Shown: positions 29,474 through 39,214 of the stretch, piece by piece
Numbering within the stretch: the first letter of the stretch is position 1
How the letters are laid out: each line of letters starts with the position of its first letter
NCBI GenBank assembly: GCA_963804165.1
Contig: CAWDPO010000008.1
Location: 1 to 64,000, forward strand
Direction: 5' to 3'
Origin: an uncultured delta proteobacterium
GTDB lineage: Bacteria > Desulfobacterota > Binatia > UBA9968
Length of the DNA: 64,000 bases
Translations under genes and position numbers: made by a program
Notes under the pieces: generated by a model
What the model was told of the DNA's origin: nothing
Database searches by the model: none
What the model saw: only the letters and a program-made list of their open reading frames with translations

Positions 29474-30187
29474 TTGAAGGATCAGTACTTTGGGGATGTA
29501 AACGATTATCGAAAGTATGGTCTGCTTCGTGTACTAGGCTCCGTCACGCGACTCCCAGTTGGGGTCTGCTGGCTTTTGACGGTCGCCGATGGACGCTCAG
29601 ACGGTGAGTTCCGTCGATATCTCGATGAGCCCGCTCGCTGGAGACGGTATGACCCACAGCTCTATGACTGTCTTCAGGGTCTCCTGGCTCCTGGCATCAG
29701 CCGCTCAGTCAAGCAGGCGCGGACATGGGAGTTGATTCCCGGGGCAACCTACTACGAGCAACTCCTCCAGGATGACATCCACTCTCGGCGCAATTACTTC
29801 GAGGGTGCATGGAACGCGCTGAAGTCATGTCCCATTGTGTTTCTCGATCCGGACAATGGTATCGAGGTCCCAAGCAAACGCCTTGGCACGAAGAACTCTG
29901 CCAAGTATATCTATTGGCAAGAGATCGCGCAGGCGTATGGCCTCGGCCATTCCCTCGTCATCTATCAACATTTCGTACGTGAGACGCGGGAGGCCTACAC
30001 CGCCAGATTGGCGGAGCAACTCGCTAGTCGGCTTCACGCTCCGCTGGTCGACTCATTTCGGACATCCCACGTCGCCTTTTTCCTGATAGCTCGGCCGGAG
30101 CACACGGGAGCTTTCGAGCGGGCTCACGAAGAGGTTCACGCCCGATGGGGTGGCCAGATCCTCGCATCCGCGCACGTTATGACCTAA
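29474..30187 (+). CDS. Hypothetical protein, possible methyltransferase-like fold; integron gene cassette
   Basis: MKDQYFGDVNDYRKYGLLR and VFLDPDNG motifs; stop codon lies within the attC R'' box. Confidence 0.75.
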   Translation: MKDQYFGDVNDYRKYGLLRVLGSVTRLPVGVCWLLTVADGRSDGEFRRYLDEPARWRRYDPQLYDCLQGLLAPGISRSVKQARTWELIPGATYYEQLLQDDIHSRRNYFEGAWNALKSCPIVFLDPDNGIEVPSKRLGTKNSAKYIYWQEIAQAYGLGHSLVIYQHFVRETREAYTARLAEQLASRLHAPLVDSFRTSHVAFFLIARPEHTGAFERAHEEVHARWGGQILASAHVMT

Positions 30188-30311
30188 CCCGCGCACGCAG
30201 CCGGCGGGCCGCAGGTGCGCGTGACACCGCACGAGCGGCATCCTCTATGGAACGTAGGCTTGTGCGGCCGCGCGGCATGAGAGCCTACAGCTAATGCGCA
30301 AGATGTTAGCG
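30182..30311 (+). mobile_element. Integron attC site (solo)
   Basis: R'' ACCTAAC, L'' GCGCACGCAGC, central GGCCGCA/TGCGGCC, L' GCTAATGCGC, R' GTTAGCG; 130 bp. Confidence 0.78.
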
Positions 30312-30315
30312 GCAA

Positions 30316-30423
30316 GATTGAACTGAATTCTCTACGAACCAATCTTTCGTGAGATCAATCTGACGCGTCGTTCAGTTCAATCTCAGGCTAATTCTGGCCT
30401 TCCCACTCGACGAATACCTGTCG
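30316..30423. repeat. Hairpin repeat copy D
   Basis: 13-bp arms AGATTGAACTGAA / TTCAGTTCAATCT, then tail caggctaa..tggcctt.cca shared with copy A. Confidence 0.75.
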
Positions 30424-30727
30424 CCTTCGGTCGTAGATCTCAGTTTCCCTCTAATACTGCCCGCGTGATACACATGTGTTCAATGAGGAAAAGCTCGTGC
30501 CTTATCAATCCTGCTTGCAGTGGTGCTGCTTGCAGGTCTCCGGTGTGATCAGTTATTCCGCTGCGTTATAGGGAGCCCGACTATGGGTTTGCTTAAGGAC
30601 TTCGAAAGTCGCTTTATGGTCGGAATAATGGCTGCCAATTCTGAACAGATCTATTATAATTAAAGGCCGACGTCAGAAATCTTGAAAGGAGTGTCGCCAC
30701 AAGGTAGCCCGTTGGAGACAGCGCGCA

Positions 30728-32968
30728 TTGGTGGATCCACCCAACACTGACCCACAAACACTGAAACAGGGAGAATCGCCGGAGCCGCAAACAATTATCC
30801 AAGTCGGCGCGGAGTACTATATTCTTGCCTCGTCACTGTCTTCGCGACGTCCAACGAGGGAACTCACAAATGGCGAAAGTTTCGCCGTTTTCGATGTTGG
30901 AGGCGACATCTTGGAATCGCCTCTAGAGGCGATGGGCTATTTTCACCGTGACACTCGCTATCTGAGTCGTTTCGAGCTGAAAATCGCCGGCCAAACGCCC
31001 TTTTATCTCAATTCTAACGCAAGCAACGAGAGTGCTCAGCTACGAATCAATCTTAGCAATCCCGACCTGGGAGTCCAGGGTGATACAATTCAATTACCTC
31101 GCGATTCGATTCAGATTGAGCGGGATTGGGTCCTTTTGGACGGGACCATGTTTCACAAAGTTATTGCGCGAAATTATACGCGCTCGGTTTTGCAAGTTCC
31201 GCTCGACTTCAGATTTGGAGTTGATTTTGCTGATCTCTTTGAGGTGCGGGGTATCCGCCGTGCCTGCCGGGGTAATCTGTACGAACCAGTCATCAATACT
31301 AATACAGTAAGGTTCTCCTATCGTGGGCTCGACGGTATACTCCGCTTTACCGACATTGTCTTCGAGACGCTTCCCGTAGCAATCGATGCAACCCGCGCCT
31401 CATTTCTACTGATTCTCCGCCCTGGCATTGAGATCACTATCGAGGCACGCGTTGCCGGCGGATGTGACCAACCACCGCAACCTCAAAAGCGCGTAGGACC
31501 TCTCCGATTTGATGATGCGTTGGCCGCGCGAAGAGCAGAGATCGCTGCTTTCGATGCAGGATGGAGTAAGATTACGGCGAGCAATGAACTGATCGATTCG
31601 CTGCTACGTCGCTCGTCAGCCGATCTCACTGCGATTATCAGATACACGCCCGAAGGCACGTTCATTATGGCGGGAATCCCCTGGTTCGCAACACTGTTCG
31701 GGCGCGACAGCATCATTACGTCGTTATTCACATTGCCATTCAATCCCGGCCTTGCCGCAGGTACCCTGAAGACACTCGCTAAAATGCAAGGCTCAGAGCT
31801 AAACGAGGAACGAGATGAACAACCCGGGAAGATCATCCACGAGATCCGCGCTGGTGAAATGGCGGCGACCGGGGAGGTGCCGTTTGGCAGATACTATGGC
31901 AGCATCGATTCGACGCCGCTTTTTCTTTGGCTACTCGGCCGCTATGTCGAGACTAGCGGTGATCTCGGGTTGGCAGAGGAATTGTGGAGCAACGTGGAAC
32001 GCGCGCTGCAATGGATAGAACGCTGGGGTGATCGAGATGGCGACGGATATGTCGAGTACCTCCGCGAGACACCGCGCGGTCTTGGTAACCAAGGGTGGAA
32101 AGATTCGTTCGATGCAATCTCGCACGTCGATGGCACGCTGGCGCGAGCGCCGATCGCCCTCTGTGAAGTGCAAGGCTACGTTTATGCGGCTTATAGCTCC
32201 ATTGCAGAAGTTGCGATGCGCCTTGGACATGACGCACTCTCAGACCGATTGCTGCAACGTGCTGCCACGCTTAAAATCGCCTTTTCCCGCGATTTTTGGT
32301 TTCCCGACGAAGGGACTCTTGCGCTCGCGCTCGACGCTGAAAAGCGACCGTGTCGTGTCATGGCCTCGAATGCGGCTCATTGTTTGGCAACAGGCATCCT
32401 CGATAACCATCAGGCGATGGCGCTGTCACAGCGTCTTTTAGGAGACGAGATGTTTACGGGATGGGGCATCAGGACGTTAAGCACTCGGGAACGGCAATAC
32501 AATCCAATGAGCTATCACAACGGTTCTGTCTGGCCGCACGACAACGCGATTGCGGCATGGGGGTTATCGCACTTCCAACAGCGCACGCAACTACTTCGTT
32601 TGATGGACGGACTATTGGATGCTGCGGTGCATCTCAACACGGGCAGCCTGCCGGAGCTTTTCTGTGGGTTTCCACGGGATGAACGGCTGGGTCCGGTGCC
32701 ATATCCGGTGGCTTGCCATCCTCAGGCTTGGTCCGCGGCGAGCGTTTTCATGCTGCTGCAGGCGGCGCTTGGACTGCAAGTCCTTGGGTTCGAGCAGAAG
32801 CTCGTTATCCATTCGCCGATTCTGCCTACAAGACTGGACTGGATTAAGATAGAAGACCTAAAGGTCGGCGCCGGGACAATTTCGTTAACCATTCACCGCA
32901 CGGTTGCCGGAGCGGCTGTCGAGATGACGAAAGTAGGGAGCGATGTTAGCCTAGAAATCAGGCAATAG
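30728..32968 (+). CDS. Amylo-alpha-1,6-glucosidase/glycogen-debranching-like glycoside hydrolase
   Basis: AGIPWFATLFGRDS, EQPGKIIHE, NQGWKDS, YHNGSVWPHDN, PQAW. Confidence 0.92.
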   Translation: MVDPPNTDPQTLKQGESPEPQTIIQVGAEYYILASSLSSRRPTRELTNGESFAVFDVGGDILESPLEAMGYFHRDTRYLSRFELKIAGQTPFYLNSNASNESAQLRINLSNPDLGVQGDTIQLPRDSIQIERDWVLLDGTMFHKVIARNYTRSVLQVPLDFRFGVDFADLFEVRGIRRACRGNLYEPVINTNTVRFSYRGLDGILRFTDIVFETLPVAIDATRASFLLILRPGIEITIEARVAGGCDQPPQPQKRVGPLRFDDALAARRAEIAAFDAGWSKITASNELIDSLLRRSSADLTAIIRYTPEGTFIMAGIPWFATLFGRDSIITSLFTLPFNPGLAAGTLKTLAKMQGSELNEERDEQPGKIIHEIRAGEMAATGEVPFGRYYGSIDSTPLFLWLLGRYVETSGDLGLAEELWSNVERALQWIERWGDRDGDGYVEYLRETPRGLGNQGWKDSFDAISHVDGTLARAPIALCEVQGYVYAAYSSIAEVAMRLGHDALSDRLLQRAATLKIAFSRDFWFPDEGTLALALDAEKRPCRVMASNAAHCLATGILDNHQAMALSQRLLGDEMFTGWGIRTLSTRERQYNPMSYHNGSVWPHDNAIAAWGLSHFQQRTQLLRLMDGLLDAAVHLNTGSLPELFCGFPRDERLGPVPYPVACHPQAWSAASVFMLLQAALGLQVLGFEQKLVIHSPILPTRLDWIKIEDLKVGAGTISLTIHRTVAGAAVEMTKVGSDVSLEIRQ

Positions 32969-33332
32969 CTTTTCGCCCCGTTGGTAGAACACAGCTAAAA
33001 TGCGATCCAATCTCGCGAGGAGGAAAACTCATCCACATAGACCCTTGGTCGGGAGAGCGACTCCTTTTCTTCTTTCCGCCAAGGCAGCAACGATAAATCC
33101 ACGAGCTAAACGGATTCGCGGCAGCACCCTATCGACAGCCGTACAAACGAATTTAGATTTTTCATGGCTCTCACCGCCCCTTTGGCGATGGATCACACAT
33201 AATCGGCACCACCGAGCGACAACTCACTAATCCACCGATGTTAGACGGTGAGGTTAGCTCGGAACCGGAAATCGAGGATGGTGGATTCGATCGATTGGCT
33301 GCGTGCATCTTGCGAATAGCCCACATCCATTT

Positions 33333-34544
33333 TTAGCGCTCAATTGTTGATGGTCTCAACGCTGACTTCCGGTAGATGCGATTGACGCGCGGAGTAGCGG
33401 GCAAACACTGGATCGTCTTTTGGACGTTGGGCCAACTTGACGTTCGCTGCCTCTTCCAATAATTCGCGGCGAGCTGATAGTACACCCCTTCGTAGTTTGC
33501 AGCCATTACCTCGCTCGTGAAACGAGTTTCGAATTCCTCACGGCATTGTTGTCGCGAAATATCACTAATTTTATGAACCGCGGTGACAAGGTCCGCGATC
33601 GAACGACCGAGGAATCCGGTTATCCCATCACGCAGCACCTCAGGGACTGACCCACACGGTCGCGCAATTACCGGAGTGCCGCAGGCCAGCGCTTCGATCA
33701 TGACGAGCCCAAATGGCTCGGGCCAGTCCACCGGAAAAAGCAACGCAACTGCGCCCCCTAAAAACTCCTGCTTCTCGGTCTCGCCTATTTCCCCGACGAA
33801 TTCGACGTCAGAACTGGACAGCAAAGGCTTGATCACCGTTTCATAATAGTCGTAATCGACCCGGTCGACCTTGGCGGCAATTTTAAGCGGTACGCCAGTG
33901 CGTCGTGCGATCTCGATGGCTAGGTCCGGACGCTTTTCAGGAGATATTCTGCCGAGGAAAGCCAAGTAGTTATTGGGTTTCGGCCTGAATCTTAATAGGT
34001 CGCGTGGTAAACCGTGATATATGGTGCGCACCCAATTCAACTCACGGATTGGACGGCGCTGATCGTCACTGATCGAAACTAGCGGCAGATCCTTATAACT
34101 TCGGTAGATCGGCAACATTTCTTTAAGGTCAAGCCGGCCGTGCATCGTCGATACTGTAGGCACCTGCGCTTGGCGAGCGAGTGGAAAGCTTAAACAGTCA
34201 AGATGCGAGTGGATGATATCGAAACGGCCCGCATTGTCATACACATCACTGAGCATCGGCAAATGATAAAGCGGCCCGAGATGATCGAGTCCACTGAGCC
34301 TCAAGGACTGGGGCCATCCTGGTACAACCGGAACACTTGTAGTCGAATCGCCCGATGCATAAAGTGTAACCTCATGCCCGCGGCGTAGCAGTTCTTCAGC
34401 CAAATACGACACGACTCGTTCCGTCCCGCCATAAAGCTTCGGTGGCACGCTTTCGTAGAGCGGTGCTAATTGAGCGATACGAAGCGGTCGAGCCGATGCA
34501 GGAAAATTGGCTGCAAGCGTCCTCTCATATTGTATTTTGTTCAT
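33333..34544 (-). CDS. Family 4 glycosyltransferase
   Basis: VPPKLYGGTER, LGRISPEK, WPEPFGLVMIEALACGTPV. Confidence 0.92.
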   Translation of the reverse strand: MNKIQYERTLAANFPASARPLRIAQLAPLYESVPPKLYGGTERVVSYLAEELLRRGHEVTLYASGDSTTSVPVVPGWPQSLRLSGLDHLGPLYHLPMLSDVYDNAGRFDIIHSHLDCLSFPLARQAQVPTVSTMHGRLDLKEMLPIYRSYKDLPLVSISDDQRRPIRELNWVRTIYHGLPRDLLRFRPKPNNYLAFLGRISPEKRPDLAIEIARRTGVPLKIAAKVDRVDYDYYETVIKPLLSSSDVEFVGEIGETEKQEFLGGAVALLFPVDWPEPFGLVMIEALACGTPVIARPCGSVPEVLRDGITGFLGRSIADLVTAVHKISDISRQQCREEFETRFTSEVMAANYEGVYYQLAANYWKRQRTSSWPNVQKTIQCLPATPRVNRIYRKSALRPSTIER

Positions 34545-34936
34545 ACAATCTACTCTGAAAAAACTCACTGGTTGTGCCGCAGGTCGCGGTGAAAAAAATA
34601 CAGAGCGAGTCTTCGAGCGACTCTTCGTACACGACTTTGTTATAGTGCGACGCGACCAGGCAATTCAAGCTCTCCACTAAGGAAGGGCCCAAAATCTCTC
34701 TTCTTCAGTACGGCCAGATCGACTCAAACAAATCGCGCTGTTAAAAGAATTATCCGCGGTAGGGCTCATTCGATTGAACTGATCGAAGGAAGTTTCACGC
34801 CGGCTCGTGTGCGATATTCCCGAACCAGCTGTAAGGATTCACCTTAAAGATGCCGTCGGAACCGGACTAGCGTTGCGAAGTAATATGCGATTTGCTATCG
34901 CTCACTCGCCGGCAGAATCAAAAAGGAGTCCTTTTC

Positions 34937-36148
34937 ATGTCCGCTTCGGGCCGTTTCGGCGATTCATCGTCGACGGACGCGCTGAAAAAATTCATCCTGC
35001 TCTATGCCGCGATGTATGCCGCGTTTGGAGTCGCTTCGCCATTCCTGCCCGCCTTTTTGAACGCTAGAGGGTTGGCACCCGAGCAGCTCGGCCTGGCGCT
35101 CGGCGCAGGCACAGCGGTCAGATTGCTTACGGCACCGCTCGCGGGGCGCATTGGCGATCTGATGCAGGCCCTCCGCATGGTGCTCGTCACGTGCATGGCG
35201 CTCGCCGCTGCCGTGACAGTTGGCTATCTGAAGGCACATGGATTTTGGATTTTAGTCGGAACCAGTTTGCTCCATGCCGCGTCGCTGGCGCCGATTACAA
35301 TTTTAGCGGATGCATTGGCGCTTGGATCCGCGTCGCCGACGCCTAAAACTGAGCGTCGTGGCTTCGAGTATGGATGGGTGCGCGGCACCGGATCGGCTGC
35401 CTTCATCGCCGGCACCTTGCTGTCTGGACAGGCGGTAAGCGCATTTGGCCTCGACGTGATCGTGGGCTGGCAGGCCACGCTACTCGGCGTGGCAGCTTTG
35501 CTCGCCACCCTGGTGCCGGAACTGAATCACGATCGCACGCCCGATGCTGTGCGCGCGCCGGCGCGCGGTGTTCTCATTCTGCTACGGCTGCCGCCGTTTC
35601 GGAATACCGTTCTGATCGCAGCGCTTATCCTCGGCAGTCATGCGATGCACGACGCGTTCGCGGTGATCCGCTGGAGCGCCGCAGGTATCAGCCCCGTTAC
35701 GATAAGCTTACTTTGGTCGGAGTCGGTCGCTGCGGAAGTAGTCGTGTTCTTTCTCATCGGCCCGTCGCTCGTGATTCGGCTGACGCCGGCTGGGGCGCTC
35801 GCCGTTGCATCGCTGGCCGGCATGCTTCGTTGGGTGGTAGCTACCCAGACCACCGATGTGATCATCCTTGCATTAGTTCAGCCGCTACACGGCATCACGT
35901 TTGCGCTCCTTCATCTCGCCTGCATGCGTTTGCTCGCCCGCATCGTGCCGCAAGGCCTCGAAGGGACGGCGCAGGCGGTCTACGGCACGATCGGCATTGG
36001 TGCAGCCAGCGCATTGCTCACGTCTATCTCCGGCGCCCTCTACGGACACCTCGGTGCGGGAGGGTTTTGGGTCATGGCTGCACTCTGCGCGCTTGCCTTC
36101 CCGTTGACATGGAAGCTAAGGCAAGCCCAACGGTTTCTTAGTATTTAA
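34937..36148 (+). CDS. MFS transporter (HcaT/MFS_1_like)
   Basis: YGWVRGTGSAAF, LWSESVAAEV, QPLHGITFAL. Confidence 0.88.
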   Translation: MSASGRFGDSSSTDALKKFILLYAAMYAAFGVASPFLPAFLNARGLAPEQLGLALGAGTAVRLLTAPLAGRIGDLMQALRMVLVTCMALAAAVTVGYLKAHGFWILVGTSLLHAASLAPITILADALALGSASPTPKTERRGFEYGWVRGTGSAAFIAGTLLSGQAVSAFGLDVIVGWQATLLGVAALLATLVPELNHDRTPDAVRAPARGVLILLRLPPFRNTVLIAALILGSHAMHDAFAVIRWSAAGISPVTISLLWSESVAAEVVVFFLIGPSLVIRLTPAGALAVASLAGMLRWVVATQTTDVIILALVQPLHGITFALLHLACMRLLARIVPQGLEGTAQAVYGTIGIGAASALLTSISGALYGHLGAGGFWVMAALCALAFPLTWKLRQAQRFLSI

Positions 36149-36197
36149 GAATAACAAAAGCTGATACCGCCGGCATTTTTTGTCAGGGGGTTGCTAA

Positions 36198-36527
36198 TCA
36201 GGCAAAATGTCCTCTGCCGTTCCCGTTTTTGTTTGTAAGTATGGCCCTAGCCTTCTGTGCCGCCGTTTGAAAAAGGCCCAGACTACCGCGCCGGATAGCG
36301 GCTTTGCTCGAATACGGAGACTCAGGGTGATGGTCGTCGATGAATCTTGATTCTTTCTCAGCCAGCCGTGTGATTTCGGTCAGGCAATCAGCATCCCTCA
36401 GCCTCACGGCACACTGTAAGCCAACCAAGAGTAGATGATAGGCGATATTATATTCGCCTTCAGTAAAGGTGGCGCGGTTGGTGATCAAGGACATTTGGTA
36501 AATCTCTCTAATCCGGCGCTCGTTCAT
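36198..36527 (-). CDS. Hypothetical protein
   Basis: ~109 aa helical ORF (AYHLLLVGLQCA); no recognisable motif. Confidence 0.55.
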   Translation of the reverse strand: MNERRIREIYQMSLITNRATFTEGEYNIAYHLLLVGLQCAVRLRDADCLTEITRLAEKESRFIDDHHPESPYSSKAAIRRGSLGLFQTAAQKARAILTNKNGNGRGHFA

Positions 36528-37156
36528 GACAAAGTCTCGCTTTTCGATGTTTACCGGCCCCATAAACATGACGGCCTATCTTTAATCAGAGCGTGATTTA
36601 GACTGGCGGGCTCACAGACTAGTCCAGCAATCCAGAAACTTTGAGAGCCGCGCAGATAATCAACATTAGGGTTGGGTGGCTGCCAATCCCGAGAAACGAT
36701 AAAACCATCCACACTTATATGATTGCCGTTGCCCACAGGACGTAAGGACCTCTGTTGGCAACGGATGAATGCCCAGCAAATTCGATTCCGCCGAGCAAAA
36801 ATCGGTTCCGCACTATATTCCGGTTACTTACGTTTTGATTGGCCGCATGTTTGTCGGCCAAACGCCTTCGATACTGAATGATCATTCCAACAGTCGAAAG
36901 ATGCCGCGAAAATAAAGCGTCTGCCGAGTTTTACGGTATGTTCTGTTCGACCAGAATCGCCATGCAACGACGCGCTCGCGATTGAACCTATAGCGCGTGT
37001 TAAAGGGCCTAAAAAACGCTCCAAGCGCCGGCTAGTTGCTTACTTAAGGCGGTTAAAGCGGGGGTAAGGGCCTACTAAGGCTAAAATCCAAAAACGCGCC
37101 GGTTTATATAACCGTAGCGGCGTATTAACTAGTTAATTTGCAACCTGAAATAAAAC

Positions 37157-37196
37157 GCTTTAACTAAAGTTTAGCTAACCTGCCAGAATCAACCGC
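37157..37196 (+). repeat. Internal copy of att-arm-like sequence
   Basis: gctttaactaaagtttagctaa followed by ctgccagaatcaaccg (compare ccgccagtatcacccg at 25196). Confidence 0.5.
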
Positions 37197-37374
37197 GGCA
37201 AATAAACCGAGTCTATGGGCGTTTTTCCGCTCCAAATTGTCAAACACCTTAAGCCGCAAATACGACACTTGTCACGGGAAAATAGTTCAAGCGAGAACTC
37301 GGACTAGACCTCTTGAATGCCATTCGAAAATCATTCGTGACCACAGCCTGAAATAGCCACCGAAGCCCAACAAA

Positions 37375-37420
37375 AACAAGCCCCGAGCACTGCCGTAAAT
37401 GGTAGTTCTTGGGGCTTGTT
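37375..37420. other. Long stem-loop
   Basis: aacaagccccgagcactgccg-taaa-tggtagttcttggggcttgtt, pairing with G-U. Confidence 0.55.
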
Positions 37421-37553
37421 GTAGCTCCTGCGGGTCGGGGGAAGCTATGCGCCCTCCGCGACGTTTCTTCCGCAAGTTCTCGCGGCATTTCGAAAGAGAT
37501 ATCCGACCGTCCAGCTCAATTTAAAAACACACGATAGCGCCACACTAGAGCGA

Positions 37554-38042
37554 ATGCTGCTAGAATCGGAATTGGATGTCGCGTTACTCAACCATCGTCC
37601 GAAATCCGCTGCCCTTGCTTCAGAGCCCTATAGTCTTGAGAAGCTTGTGCTTTTTACCCAAGCAAATCACGCACTGGCAAAGATAAGACGGTTAAGCTTG
37701 CGCGAATTAGCCCGTGCTCCACTAATCATCAGGGAGGGCACGGGATCACCAACTTTAAGCGAGCGCATGTTGAGGGAAGCAGATTCAGAATTACGGCCAA
37801 ACATCGTGCTTCGTTGTGAATCACCAGCTGCCGTTAAGGCAGCGGTTAGAAATAATATGGGCATCGGTCTGCTGTTTCTCAGCAGTGTGGAAGCAGACTT
37901 TCATAGTGGCAGATTCAAACGACTTAGGCTTATCGATGCAGACCTAGATGTTCACACTTTTATCGTCCATCGGAGCGAATCATTAGCGCCCATCGTCTCC
38001 AGTTTTTTAAGCATTCTCCGTCAAAGACGCGATAGGCGTTAA
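37554..38042 (+). pseudogene. LysR substrate-binding domain fragment (no HTH)
   Basis: ELDVAL, PLIIREG, AVKAAVRNNMGIG. Confidence 0.75.
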
Positions 38043-38165
38043 TCCCATCCGAAGTTTCGCAGACCGACCACAAGATTTCTAACCGGCTTCGGTACTTTGC
38101 CACCTTATGTTGTCGAATCAAAAAGTTGCCCTGGTCCGACCCGCGCTCGGCGATGTTGCTTGCCA

Positions 38166-39182
38166 TCAGCGCGACTTCATGACCTCAGTATAGCTCTTAA
38201 TCGTTCCCTCGTAATCCTTGTACCCCTCGGGATGCACCGCGATGCGTTTGTAACCGCGCAATAATCGCGGCGGCTTGGGCTCGACATCTTTGCGCACGGG
38301 GACCCGATTGGAGTCCCAAAGCAATTCTTGGCCTGCTTTCGACAGGCTGAAGTTAATAAAAAGCTTCGCCGCGTTTGGGTTGCGCGCCTTGTCCGCCAAC
38401 TGAACCGTCGTGATTGAAAGCACCACCGGTTCGAGGGCCAGCCAATCCAGAGGCGCGCCTCGGTTCGCGTAGTTTTGAATAATCGGAGCGTACGCAATCA
38501 GCATTGGGTGTTCGCCGGCCGCTGCAAGCTGCACCCTGACCGTAGTCCCTCCCATAACCGCGAGGTCTTGGGCCGCAAGTTTCTTCAGATAAGCGACGGC
38601 CTTTTCGCGGCCCCATGCATTTATAAGCCCCTGCAAAAAAGTAAAATAATTGTCATCGAAAGATATTTTCCTGCCTTTGAATTTCGGGTTCAGAAGATCG
38701 TCATACGTGCGCGGCGCTTCGGCGGCTTTAACCAGATTCGTGTTGAATCCCAGCACGACAGGGTTGACGTAGACAGCGGTCCAATGGCCGTTTGGATCCT
38801 TCAAATCCTCATCGATCATCTTGGCTTCCGGCGAGAAAAACGGGGCAATAAGATTTTTTCCCTTAAGCGGCATCACCATGTCGCCAGTCCCGTGAATCAC
38901 GTCCCATTCGTGTTTCCCGGCATTGGCTTCCGCGATGGCTCGGTTGAGCAAACTTCCGCCGCCGGACCGCAGGACGACTGGTTTTACAAACGGATATCTC
39001 TGGTGAAATCGGTCCGCGAATTGTTTGCTGTGATCGGTACTCATGGTCGTGTACCAGACCACTTTCCCCTCGCGCCGCGCCGCTTCGATCAGTTTTGCGT
39101 CGTCGGATTCCTGGGAAAATGCGGAGGCGGCCTTGATGAGCACCAGGGCCATAAAAAGAGGCCTCCAGGAATTCAGTTTCAT
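38166..39182 (-). CDS. Solute-binding protein (Fe3+/thiamine ABC family-like)
   Basis: Signal peptide; AARREGKVVWYTT, PNAAKLFINFSLSKAGQ. Confidence 0.87.
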   Translation of the reverse strand: MKLNSWRPLFMALVLIKAASAFSQESDDAKLIEAARREGKVVWYTTMSTDHSKQFADRFHQRYPFVKPVVLRSGGGSLLNRAIAEANAGKHEWDVIHGTGDMVMPLKGKNLIAPFFSPEAKMIDEDLKDPNGHWTAVYVNPVVLGFNTNLVKAAEAPRTYDDLLNPKFKGRKISFDDNYFTFLQGLINAWGREKAVAYLKKLAAQDLAVMGGTTVRVQLAAAGEHPMLIAYAPIIQNYANRGAPLDWLALEPVVLSITTVQLADKARNPNAAKLFINFSLSKAGQELLWDSNRVPVRKDVEPKPPRLLRGYKRIAVHPEGYKDYEGTIKSYTEVMKSR

Positions 39183-39214
39183 GGCGCACCTCCGGCACGC
39201 ACGCAATTCTCTTC

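Noticed and set aside
26421-30423. CRISPR array from the recurring GAACTGAA repeats
   Set aside because: Copies are inverted pairs about 1-2 kb apart with genes between them; no regular spacers and no cas genes
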